Positions 12,490 through 24,100 of a DNA stretch of 64,000 nucleotides are shown in pieces. The translations under genes and the position numbers were made by a program. Origin of the DNA: Folioceros fuciformis (Eukaryota); the NCBI GenBank assembly GCA_049999805.1, contig JBNGIO010005225.1, positions 1 to 64,000 on the forward strand. The letters are read 5' to 3'. Below the pieces are notes generated by a model. That model saw nothing but the letters and a program-made list of their open reading frames with translations, had not been told where the DNA came from and did not search any database. Each line of letters opens with the position of its first letter. Position 1 is the first letter of the stretch.

Positions 12490-13315
12490 TCCAGAAGCTC
12501 GATCCTCCTCAATGAGGGCATCTCTAGAGCCACATTCTTCGCGTATTGTGGGGCCCCGGCATCATACTCCTCTTCATCATCCTCCACTGCACCATACGGA
12601 GGTGGCTACGCCAACCCTTGCAGCTGCTCTTCATCTTGGAAAGCGATTGCAGGGACATGCCCTAGGATGTCTCGATCCGGGCCCCTCATACGCCATACTC
12701 GATGCCGATTCCACACTTGCCTCCATTGTTCTAGCGCACCCCTCATGGTGGGCATGAACGTCACATGCAAGGAACGAATGTGCCACGGATTTGTTATATC
12801 CAATTTGTTGCTCCTTACCAAGTCCACCGTGTACCCCTTGTACAGGAATGCCCATTTCTCCCCCAATGCTCACCAGAAGTGCTCAATCCGCTGTCATCAT
12901 GACTGCTTTAATGTTTTTCTCTTGCAGGAGGAGGGTAGACACCAATTTCACGACAGGGCTATGAAAACATGAAGTTACTATGCCGCAAACCAGCCCCGTT
13001 CTTCATTCCCACAACGCCATACACATGGAAAGGGTTGCGCTCACCTGATCGTGGACCGAAGGGCCCCGGAGGAAGTTGCTGCCTTGGGCCCTGAGTCGTG
13101 CACGGTTCATGTTAGCCTCTATGAGGTTGTGCTCTACTGCATAGTATGAGCGTAATCGCTGTGGGTGCCCAAATTTCCGCATTGCTTCCACATATGCATT
13201 GTAAATTGTGGAGCCTCTCTTGTTGTCCTCCAATACTAGCCAGGGAACGTAATGCGTGCTCCATCGATCGCTCCGTGCACGCAAAAGTAGAATTGGTACA
13301 ATTTGTCGTAAGCTG
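12490..13315 (-). pseudogene. DDE integrase/transposase pseudogene (IS3/IS481-like eukaryotic integrase-core family) with a GT-AG intron
   Basis: Reconstructed YDKLYQFYFCVHGAIDG/(frameshift)STHYVPWLVLEDNKRGSTIYNAYVEAMRKFGHPQRLRSY..E..RGPSVHDQ|intron 12891-13044|RIEHFW*..LHVTFMP..LEQWRQVWNRH. This matches the 'DKL..HG.IDG...G.P.R.RSD.G.EN...SVHNQRIERLW...WN.H' integrase consensus. Confidence 0.8.
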
Positions 13316-14117
13316 CAAGCAACCTTTCAAACCCTTCGGGTGGGCTGGAGGGAAGGAGGCGGAGGCTGGCAGACTTGTCACGCGTGCAAGGGTCCTCCTT
13401 CTCCTCCTTCCTAATGTCGTGATGTTAACTAATCGTCACGCATGCAATGGTCCTCCTTCTCCTTCTTCCTGATGTCATGATGTTAATTGATCACCCTTCG
13501 ATGTGATGTCCCACGACGAACCCTAAACCCTTGGCGATGCAACTACGGCGGTGGTTTTTTCTTGTGTGTAATGCGTACTTCAAAACATTTTGATGTCGTG
13601 CATGAACCGTAAAAAAACCTTTATTGTTCCCATCGGTCCACAACCTTGATGCAATGAGGAAAAAATAACATGGTATACCATTCTGAGGTGCGCCCCATGA
13701 CGTGGATATGTACAATATGGGCATTTATACTAGATTCTGAGGTATATTCGCATATGAAGTATGGATTTGGAAAAAAAAACAGGTGTGTCCAGCCACTATC
13801 CCTATTGATATTCCATAGCACTTGTGCGTCTACTATGGTGGATTGTAGACTTTCTAGCTCACATATACATGAGAGTCCAACAACATTGTGATACGAATTT
13901 ACAAAGTTGGTGTGCTTTGGAGTAGATTAGAGTCAAATAAGATTACTAAAGTCATTATTTTCTATTATTGAGAAAGAGATAAAAAGTCCCATCTACTTCA
14001 ACGATCAAGAGGAACAATTGAGCAAGGTGAAAAAATATTAGTTTTTCTAACATCATTCTCAAAAACTACCTACTACTTCTAAAATGTTATCATGTGGAAT
14101 AACTATCTTACACCTAT

Positions 14118-14237
14118 GCCGAAATATCATGATGTGGAATAACACCAGGCCTATCTTCCACCATGCCAAAGACGTCGCCGAAATATCATGATGTGGAATA
14201 ACACGAGGCCTATCTTCCACCATGCCAAAGACGTCGC
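14118..14237. repeat. Tandem duplication, 59-bp unit x2
   Basis: gccgaaatatcatgatgtggaataacac..ggcctatcttccaccatgccaaagacgtc at 14118 and 14177. Confidence 0.9.
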
Positions 14238-14339
14238 TTGACTTGCGCTGGCCAATGCACTTTACATAGCAATAGAGGATATGTTTTGTAGAGAGAAGGT
14301 CCCCATAGAGGAAAGAGAAGAACACCATTACTCTGATAA

Positions 14340-14750
14340 ACCTTGGTGCACTCCTTCATCAATAGCCCCATGAGTCTCAAGAGCAAGGATTGGTGCACTT
14401 CTTCATGAAGGGCCCCATGAGTCTCAAGAGCAAGGATTGGTGCACTTCTTGATGAAGGGCCCCATGAGTCTCAAGAGCAAGGAATGAAAACCTATGTGCA
14501 CTCCTTGATGAATGGTGCTATGAGTCTTAAGAGCCAAGAATGAAAAACCTTTATGCACTCCTTGATGAAAACCTATGTGCGCTCCTTGATGAATGGCGCT
14601 ACGAGGCTTAAGAGCCACGAATGAAAAACCTTTGTGCACTCCTTGATGAACGACTCCATGAGTCTCAAGAGCAAGGAATGAAGAGCCACGAATGAAAAAC
14701 CTTTGTGCACTCCTTGATGAACGACTCCATGAGTCTCAAGAGCAAAAAAT
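14340..14750. repeat. Compound minisatellite (47-bp units grading into units of about 71 bp)
   Basis: catgagtctcaagagcaagga at 14369, 14416 and 14463, plus variants with gtgcactccttgatgaa and aatgaaaaacc. Confidence 0.9.
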
Positions 14751-14829
14751 GAAAATATGCTTGGCTTGTCGCGAAGAATACTTATGGACTTTGGCACTTA
14801 CAAAATCCTCTACTGTCCCACTTACATGA

Positions 14830-15275
14830 CGGATGTGCTCCCAAATCAAATCCTTGCGCATGGTCCCACGAGCCTAGAGAACCGTCCCACTTAAATGACT
14901 AAAGTGCTCCCAAATCAATCTTTGTGCATGGTCCCATGAGTCTTAAGAGCCATCCCTCTTAGATGAATAATGTGCTCCCAAATCAATCTTTGTGCATGGT
15001 TCCATGAGTCTTAAGAGCCATCCCACTCAGAAGACTTACGTGTTCCCAAATCAAATCCTTGTGCATGGTCCCATAAAAACGAGGGATGAAAATATGCCCA
15101 GCTTGTAGGAAAGAATAAGTCTCAAAAGCCATCCCACTCATATGACTTATGCTCCCAAATCACTTATTTTCTTTTGAGATGAAAATATGCTGGCTTGTAG
15201 AGAAGAAAACTTATGGAGTTTACGTGCTTACACAGTCCTCCGCCATCCCACTTTGACGTGCTCCCAAATCAAATA
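14830..15275. repeat. Minisatellite, unit of about 68 bp
   Basis: gtgctcccaaatcaa..ttgtgcatggtcccatgagtcttaagagccatccc at about 14835, 14904, 14972 and 15040, with partial copies at about 15150 and 15258. Confidence 0.85.
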
Positions 15276-16485
15276 CATTAACCACATTACGAAATCGATA
15301 GGCAGTCTACGTTGAACGATGTCTCCTTAACTTAACCCAGAGATAGTAGTAGGCCCAGCCACGAAGCTTGCTCTAAGGGTGTGATGTTGTTTGAGAGGAC
15401 TTCCTAGCGCTACATAGTATATAACGACAAATGATGTGTGGAGCAGAGGGTGAAAGGACGAGAGTTGCCCTCCGGGAGGTGCATCCTCGGCTGCACTGCG
15501 CGGCGCCTTCCAGACAGGGCGTGGGAGGTGGGATTTTGGTAGTTGGAGACTGATTCCATGGTCGTGGGCTTGGTTGCCACCACCGCCCGGAGCGACTGAC
15601 GTCTGTCACCCATTGTACGCCATGCGGACCATAAACACGCGTCACCGGCCCAGCCAAACATTGTTTGCTATTTGACTCACGGTTCCTGCACCACCCTCGG
15701 TGCTGCCCTCCATACCGCCAGCTTTTGGCAATGCTGTAAGTTCTGGTGGATTGGCTTGAGTCTGAACTTCGAGGCACAGGTTTTTCATCTGCCTTGCCGG
15801 ATCCGAATCCAGCGTGGGCTGTTGAAGCCGATCCGTTAGTGATCTGGAGGTTGCTCAACCTGTGGATGATTAGGCGATTGATGATTGCACCCCAGTCGAT
15901 CTATTGTAGCGGTTTGTTGCTGTGGCAGCACGCATTGCAGCAGGTGACCAGTGTTGCATGAATTGCAGTTGAGGTGACTAGTGTTGGATGAATTGCAAGT
16001 GATTGGTCTTGATGTGTTTAGGCTTGGCATGGATCGTTGCGTTCCTCAAGCATCCCTCCAGGTGTGAGAATTTGGTGCGGCTGCGTTGGTCATTGCGTTG
16101 TACGAACCTGTGTACTCTGTGGATATGGGACGGATGCAATGTGCATTCGCTAAGATCTAAGAATGAGTATGTGGTGCCGCAGCAGAGGACGAAGGAAGGC
16201 TCTGGAGGGAGGATAGGGACAGGCTAACGCAGAGGACAAAGGGGGGCAACCGTTGCCCAGCAGATCTCGACTACCAGCGCCAGTGAATGACAAGTTTGGG
16301 GGCGGAATTCGATGTTCAACCATTCTCAAGACTCTCTGTGCACCCGACAGGATCCCTCGCCGTGGCAATTCATTGCCGTTGGGAAGATTGGATGCTCAGA
16401 GTGGGTCATGAGGAAGAGCGTCCCACATATAGCCTGACTGGTTAAGAGCCATCCTTCGACTTAGGGTTTCGGAGAAACGAGGACG

Positions 16486-18488
16486 ATGGAGTTCGTCACG
16501 CCGGAAGCTCTCAAGCAAATGCAAGAATGCGTTGACGCACGTGAGTCCGTTACCCGCTCTGCCTCGTCATTCCGGGGAGGTTGTTTCTCTTCTCCAATCT
16601 GTGTCAGCTTGATCGAGCAGAAATGATTCTAACTCGTGCGCACTTGGCTTCAGTTGATGGAGCCTTGCAGCGTTCCTTCGAGGTCAGCTCCCCTTGATCA
16701 TATTCTCAGAAGTATTTTGGGCCTGTTCTGTAATTGCTGTGACCTCTGTAAGTACTTTCGGGGTTTAACAATCTGTTCGGTGCAGAACATGCACCAAGGC
16801 AATCCGGAGCATGTTCTGGCAAGGTTTTTAAAAGCTCGCGAGGGAGTGGTCCCGAAAGCTTACAAGATGGTAAGCACATTGCTCAGTGGTGCTCTTTTGC
16901 GAAGCACTGCAAAACATACGAACCCTTGTGGTAACGGATGCCTCCCTCTGTCTGCCTGGCAGCTTCATGATTGCCTGACGTGGAGGGTGGCCAACGACAT
17001 TGACAACATTCTTTCTGTAAGCCTCAAGCTGGACGTTATAATCTGGACGCTCGGAGTTGGTGTTGATTTATTATTTGACTGCCTGTTGAACAGAGACCGA
17101 TAGAACCCAAAACTTTGAACGATGCAATTCGGGACTCACAACTTGTAGGCATGTCAGGCTTTTGTAAGCAGGTATCGTCAATCAGCCTGTGCTTCGTTAT
17201 GTAGACATATTGCACAAGCTCTGTACAAGCTTGATGGTCTTTTGCATGGTTCCACAGGGAAGGCCAGTGTTTTCTATTGGAGTTGGATTCAGTGGGTATG
17301 ACAAAGCCGCTGTAAGCTCACTTAATCCTGGCTTCAACTGCGTCATCCATGTTTCAGTTTGTTCTGCTGACAAGCTAAGTGTCTCCATGTTGTCTGCAGT
17401 TAGACAAGTACGTCCAATCGCATGTACAGCTCAATGAATATCGGGATCGTGTCCTACTGGTAGAGGCATCTTGTCCTGACCCCACTTCTGTTCCAAGGAT
17501 TTTTCATGAGCATTTGGTAGCTGGATTGTGGCCAGCAGGACTGTAAGTCAAAAATTCTGATATTGCTTGTCCAGCCGCAAGCTTCTCAACGGGCTGGTAG
17601 ATTTATTGGATCGTGCATCAAAATATTGGACATGACAGGCCTTAAGCTATCAGCCTGGAGCCGGGTGAAGGTACTACTCATCCCTTCAGCTAACTGGTCT
17701 TCTGTGATGTGTTGGATGAGTGCAAGTGTTGGGTGAGCTGATTGCAATTTCTTGTGGTTTATGCCGATGGCCCAGATTCTTACTGCGATATCTACTGTCG
17801 ATGATCTCAATTATCCAGAAAAGACTGACACGTACTACATAGTTAATGCACCCTACGTCTTCACTGCCTGCTGGAAGGTCAGGTCCCTGAAGTTTATGAA
17901 ATGGCCGTCTACCAAGAATCGTACTTCATGAAGATCATCGTGTGCACACGGATTATATGACGCTTGAACCTACCTTTTGCAGGCTGTCAAACCAATGTTG
18001 CATGAGAGAACAAAGAAGAAGGTACAGGTCTTGCAAGGGTGTGGCAAAGAAGAGCTTCTGGAGGTAGGAATCTGTGGTTGTAAAACGTTGTCTTAGTCGA
18101 TTCACGCGTATGCCGTAGTAAGCGCACTAAGCTAATTCTTGCCCAGGTGATGGACGAGGAAGTGCTTCCTGTCTTCTGTCGTTTTCCTCCAAAGAAGCTC
18201 TCTGGCTCCTCAAGAGACCTCAGCATGTTGTTGGATCTCTCCAAGGACTGTTTCTCTCCTTCGCATCCCTTTCACGTGGAGGTGTACGAGTATATGAGGA
18301 AGCAGGCTTCTTATGTCTCCCAGGTGCGGCCTGTCACTCAAGGCTCATTCCATGTGCATGTACCAGATCCAGATCCAGACTCCGGAGAACTGGTAAACTT
18401 TCTTGAAACTACTTTGGAGACCTTGAATGTCGTTGATAAAAATGGCAAAGAGAAGGTAAACGGTGTTATTAGTTTCAAGAGGATGTGA
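16486..18488 (+). CDS. SEC14/CRAL-TRIO phosphatidylinositol transfer family protein, multi-exon
   Basis: MEFVTPEALKQMQEC, NMHQGNPEHVLARFLKARE, GRPVFSIGVG, YVQSHVQLNEYRD, CIKILDMTGLKLS, DDLNYPEKTDTYYIVNAPYVFTACWK, HERTRRKVQVL and CFSPSHPFH; consistent GT-AG introns. Confidence 0.9.
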
Positions 18489-19429
18489 GTCTTCATGACG
18501 TCCACCTGAAGCACACAATCCAAGTAGGGTACAGCATCCTTTTCCACGTCAGCGGTAAGGCTGTGAATTGAGTCCTGATATTATCAAGGGGCAGGGTATG
18601 ATCAAGGGTCAATCCCGCCGATCTTGGTGGTGTCCCTCCAACCTGCATCCATGTGGTTGTAGTCAGGCTCCGCCGCTGAGGGAATATAGCGATAGGAGTT
18701 TTCTGAATGTCGAAGACTCCTCATCCTTCTCAGATGTTCTTTTACTGTTTGCATTTTTTCTAAGGCTTTGGGGAACCTCCCTCCCAAGTCTCCGTTTTGA
18801 CCAAATCACTGTGGAAGGGCATTCACAGTGTGTGTATTCAACTCCATTGTTGTATCTAGTGTTGAAGTCCAGGGTTGTTTCGAGCGGCCGAGAAGGTTGT
18901 CTCCTAACGCTGCATGATTGGCATTGTACAACCGCTCCTGTGAAGAACTGGGGAAATGTAAGCTTGATTTATCCAATGGCGGCTGTCCAAGTATTTTGGA
19001 TAATCCTCCTGGAGGTATTGAGACTTGTGGCAAGAAACGTTGGAAGACTTGGCTTGCTCATTTTCTGTTCCGCTTTTGGCTTAGCTCTCTGGCAGAGGCA
19101 AGAAGACGTATATTAGAGACGCTTGACAATGGGAGTGACCGATGTTGTTGGTTCTTTGTATCTAGGTAGACTTTGGTGGTAGTAAATTCGATGCTCCCAC
19201 ACAGTTGCTTTTATGAGCATCATGAGGCACAGACTTTGTGCAAAACGAGGTTTGGTATGCTCATTTGCACAAGCTGGTGAAGAAGTTGACTATATGCTTC
19301 GTATGTGCTAACTGCAAACCACAGCTGTTTTGCCTGCGAGTCATGGCATTGCTGCCTGGATTGTTCCTATTAAGTTTGTTGCTGGCACAGTTTTTATACT
19401 CAGCAACGTAATGGTTTCCAAGTGAAAAA

Positions 19430-20650
19430 GTGCAAATGGGTGGTACACCGGGACCTTCCAGGCGGATCGCTTTCCCCGTATACCGCCTCCTGGATTCAAC
19501 ACGCCCGTACTGGAGGAGACCGCAAGCGAATTATGTCGGCATCGACAGTTCAGTGAGGCGTTGAAGCTCCAGGAATTCAGCTGGGTGTGTCAGATCGTGT
19601 GGACTTCAAATCTCTCTTTCAAATGACCCTCAAAGAACGTGTAGCTAGCGAGGATCTTCCTCTTGGGGTGGCGCCTGGTGCATGCCCTTCGTTTCAAAGG
19701 AGGGCATGAGTTGGACACGTTCCTGTACAACAAGGTTCTGCGAATGCACGCTTCCCATGCTAAACTGAAAGAATCCATGGATGTGTTCGACATGGTCGCT
19801 GCACGGGATGCTGTCACTTTGTCTGGCGTGATCCCTGTGCATGTTAAATATGTACAACGTACGCAGTCCGTCCAGCTGTACCATCCGATGGGAAGGTCAG
19901 GTCTGAAGCCCGATGGCCATGTGCTTCTAGCAGCGTTGCAGGCTTGTGCTCGGGAAGGAGGCTTGAGAGCTGGGGAGGAGGTGCGTGCTGACCCTGAAGG
20001 CCAGGGGTGTTGAGCCCAATTGGTAAGTTTGTGCACGTGGTTACTTGGTGGACATGTATGCAAAGTGCGGCAGGTTGGAAGCCCGGAGAGTTTTTGTCGA
20101 GCTTCCTGACAAGAATTTGATTGCTTGGAGTACCGCTCTCACAAGGGGACGTGGCAGAAGGCCATAGATTTGTGGAGGTGTGTGCACCAGGAAGGCATCG
20201 TTGCCGTTGACACTGTGACATTTGTGTCCCTCCTGCAGGCATGCTCAAAACTTGGCACATTGGCTTTGGAGAATGGGAGAGGCAACTGCATGCCCAAATT
20301 ACAGAATAAGGACTTCAAGCTGAGGTGGTTATGGCCAGTAGCCTGGTCAACATGTTTTCCAGGTGTGGCAACTCTTGGAGTGTTTTGACACATTCGACAC
20401 TGTGACATTTGTTTGCCTCCTGCACGCGTGTGCAAGTGTTTGTGGGTGTCTTTGGCTGTTGGAGAAGGGAGGCTGTTCCATGCACGAATAACAGAACAGG
20501 GAATTTGGGCCCACTTATTTATAACCGACAGTTTTGTTAAGATCGATCCAAAGTGTGGCAGTCGACACGATGCTAGGTGCGTGCTTGACGGACTTCTTTC
20601 TTAAGAAGGACGGTGACATGGGGACGCCACGATATCGGGGAATCTTCATC
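19430..20650 (+). pseudogene. Degenerate PLS-class PPR, 5' partial paralog of the adjacent gene
   Basis: RLVHALRFKGGHELDTFLYNKVLRMHASHAKLKESMDVF..KPDGHVLLAALQACA, LVDMYAKCG and VTFVSLLQACSKLGTLALENG are colinear with 21126-22300 but carry stops and frameshifts. Confidence 0.88.
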
Positions 20651-21125
20651 GGGGAGTAGGACATGAAGCACGTTGATCGCCATAAATGCATACTTCAGAA
20701 CATCCTTTGTTTTGGATATTTGGCTGGGACATGTCCTACTATGTATGTACATATATATGTAGATAGGTCAAAGAATTGAGAGTGTGCCCATATTACGGTG
20801 CCGATTAGAATGCGTGGGAAATGGATCCGTTGAGGAATTGAAGCTCGCTCCTACAGCATGCTCTGATCAAAGTGATGGCATCCGCAAACCGCCTGGCATA
20901 CGTTGCCTTTCCATGTTGGTGTCCTTGAGGCACCTCTGCCTCTGGCCCAACCTCCTGTGCGCTGTAGAAATGCATTCAGGGTAGATTTAGCGTGTGATCC
21001 TGCTAGGCCATGGCTGCCCGTGACGTGAGCAGGTATCATGGCAATACCTTCCAGGAGCGAAGTACTGACAGACAACGAAGTGGCATGGTGCAAAACATAG
21101 CAAGAAAATCAGCTGGTCCAAGACG

Positions 21126-24100
21126 ATGGTGGGCTGGAGACGAGTCTTCCAGCTACGAGGATCTCGTGTGGCAAAAACTGTTTCAGGATCAACATTGCAG
21201 CAAAAGAAGAATTCGTGGTGGCACAGGGATTTCCAAGAGGTGCGGTGGCTGGACAATTCCGATAGGCCAGCTCCTGTGTACGAGGCCCAGGTACGTGCTC
21301 CGGATCTGCACCTGGGTGGAGCAGATAGTGACTTTTGTTGGCCTGCAGGATGGGAGGGTGGGGTAATGGCCGAGATCACGGCAAGGTTATGTCAGCAGGG
21401 GCAGGTGACTGAGGCCGTGGAGGCGCTGGGAGTTTTGGTGTACATGGACTGCTATGTTTCAATCTCTCTGTTTTACGCAGTCCTGAAGGAGTGTGAGGCT
21501 AAGAAGGATTTGGCTCTGGGCCGTCTAGTTCATGCTCTGACTGTGAAGAAGGGGTATGAGTCGGACACTTTTCTGTGCAATCACATCCTGCGAATGTATG
21601 CTTCTCACGCCAAGTTGCAGGAGGCTCTGGATGTGTTCCTCATGGTTGCCACACCAGATGCCTTCACGTGGTCTGCCATAATTTCTGCGCATGTCAAACA
21701 TGGACAGGATAAGGAGGCAGTACAACTGTATTATCGGATGCGCAGGTCAAGTACGAAGCCAGACGGCCATGTGTTTGTAGCAGCACTTCAGGCTTGTGCA
21801 AAGGGAGCAGACTTAAAATCTGGGCAGCAAGTGCATGCTGATCTATTGGCTAGTGGCGTGGAGCGTAATCTGTTTGTTTCTACTTGTTTGGTGGACATGT
21901 ATGCGAAGTGTGGCAGCTTGGAGGAGTCTCGAAGAGTTTTTGACGGCCTTGACAGGAAGAATGTGGTGACTTGGAATGCTATGATAGCAGGGTATTCCCA
22001 GCAAGGCATGGGGCAGGAAGCTCTTCGTCTTTACCGTGCTATGCAAGGAGAAGGGTTGGCTGTATTCGATTCTGTTACATTTGTCTCTCTCCTGCAGGCA
22101 TGTGCAAGCGTGGGTATCCCGGCTTTGGAAATGGGAAAGGAGCTGCATGCCCAAATCGGAGAACAAGGGCTTGAGCTTGATGTGTTTGTTGCCAGCAGTT
22201 TGGTAAACATGTATGCAAAGTGTGGCAGACTGGAGGATGCCCGGACTGTGTTTGACAGAGTTGCTAATAAGCATGTAGAGACTTGGAATGCTATGATAAC
22301 AGGATATTCCAAGGAAGGCGAGGTAGAGAGCGCCCTCCATCTTTACAGAGCAATGCGTGAAGAAGGCATGGTTACACCCAGCTCTGTGACATTTGTGTGC
22401 CTGTTGCAGGCTTGTGCGAATGTGGGTGCCCGAGCATTGGAGAACGGTAAGCAGCTCCATGCAGAACTTAAAGGATACGGGCTTCACTTGGATGTTCTTG
22501 TAGCCAACAGTCTTGTAAACATGTATGCTAAGTGCGGTAGCCTGGAGGATGCGTATGGCGTGTTTCATGGACTCACTCAAAAAGACGTGGTGACCTGGAA
22601 CGCCATGATAGCAGGTTATGCACAACATGAAATGGGGCAGCAAGCCCTCTGTGTTTACGATGCTATGCAAGAAGAAGCCATCGTTGCACCGGATGCTGTG
22701 ACGTTTGTGTGTCTCCTTCAGGCATGTGCTTGTTTGGGCCCCTCGGCGTTGGACAAGGGAAAGCAGATTCACACACGAATTAACGAACAAGGACTTGAAG
22801 CAGATATCTTTGTCGGCAGCAGCTTGGTAGGCATGTACGCAAAGTGTGAAAGCCTACAGGACGCCAGGACTATCTTCGATGGACTCCGCAGGAAAGATGC
22901 AGTGACATGGAGTGCCATGATAGCAGGATACTCCCAGCAGAACATGGGGCAGGAGGCCCTCCGTCTCTACTGTGCCATGCAAGAAGAGGGCATTGCTGCA
23001 CCCGATTCTGTGATGTTTGTCTCGCTCTTGCAGGCATGTGCAAGTGTAGGCACCCTGGCTCTGGAGAAGGGAAAGCAGATTCATGCACAAACTAGAGAAC
23101 AAGGGCTCGAGGCTGATGTCTTTGTTGCCAACAGCTTGGTAAGCATGTATTCGAAGTGTGGCAGCGTAGAGGATGCTCGGGGTGTGTTTGAGGGCGTTCT
23201 TCAGAAAGATCTGGTGACTTGGAATGCTATGATTGCAGGATATTCTCAGCAGGCCATGGGGCAGGAAGCGCTTTGTCTTTACCGGGCCATGCAAGAGAGA
23301 GGCTTAGTGGTATCCGATTCTTTGACATTGGTGTTTCTTCTGCAGGCATGTGCAAGTTTGGGTACCTTGGGTTTGGACAGAGGGGAACAGCTTCATGCAC
23401 AAATCAGAGAACTAGGGTTTGAATCTGATGTGTTTGTTGCCAGTAGTGTGATAAACATGTATGTCAAGTGCGGCAGCCTAAAGAACGCCCGCATCGTGTT
23501 TGATGAACTTCATGATAAAAATGTTGTGACGTGGAGTGCCATGATAGCTGGATATTCTCAGCAGGGTATGGGGCCGGAAGCCCTCAGCCTGTACAAGGCT
23601 ATGCAAGAAGAGGGTCTTGTTGCACCCAATTCTGTGACCTTTGTGAGCCTCCTTCAGGCATGTGCTGGTATGGCTGCTTTGCAAGTGGGAAGGCAGCTTC
23701 ACGCACAGATTAAAGAAAAAGAGCTTGAAGGGGATATGCTTGTAGCTGGCGGTTTGATAAATATGTACGGGAAGTGTGGTAGTATGCTTGATGCACAGCT
23801 GGTGTTTGAGGCGTTGCCCGAAAGAGATGCTGTTATCTGGAATGCGCTGATCGCAGGATACACTCGTCAAGGAGACAGTGAAGACGTCTTTCACCTTGTC
23901 CTGAAAATGAGACAGGATGGCATACAGCCAGACGATGTCACATTCCTCAGTGTGCTAACAGTATGCAGTCATACTGGTCTAGTGAACAAGGGACGGGAGT
24001 ATTTTGAGGCTATGCCCGCACACCATGGCATCACCCCCAGGACAGATCACTACGCATGTATGGTGGATCTTCTGGGTCGTGCAGGACACCTGGACGAGGC

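Larger units (their letters stand above)
9880..16200. mobile_element. Decayed transposon/repeat island (gene-free, about 6.3 kb)
   Basis: No recognisable host gene. It is more AT-rich and rich in CA/TG dinucleotides, with broken ORFs, an integrase relic and minisatellites. Boundaries are approximate. Confidence 0.6.

Noticed and set aside
14340-15275. Possible CRISPR-like repeat-spacer array
   Set aside because: The sequences between core motifs are themselves repeated (tandem minisatellite), there are no unique spacers or cas genes, and the context is eukaryotic.
18568-19169. 182-aa and 83-aa ORFs downstream of SEC14
   Set aside because: Non-ATG starts and no recognisable motifs; most likely 3'UTR or intergenic.
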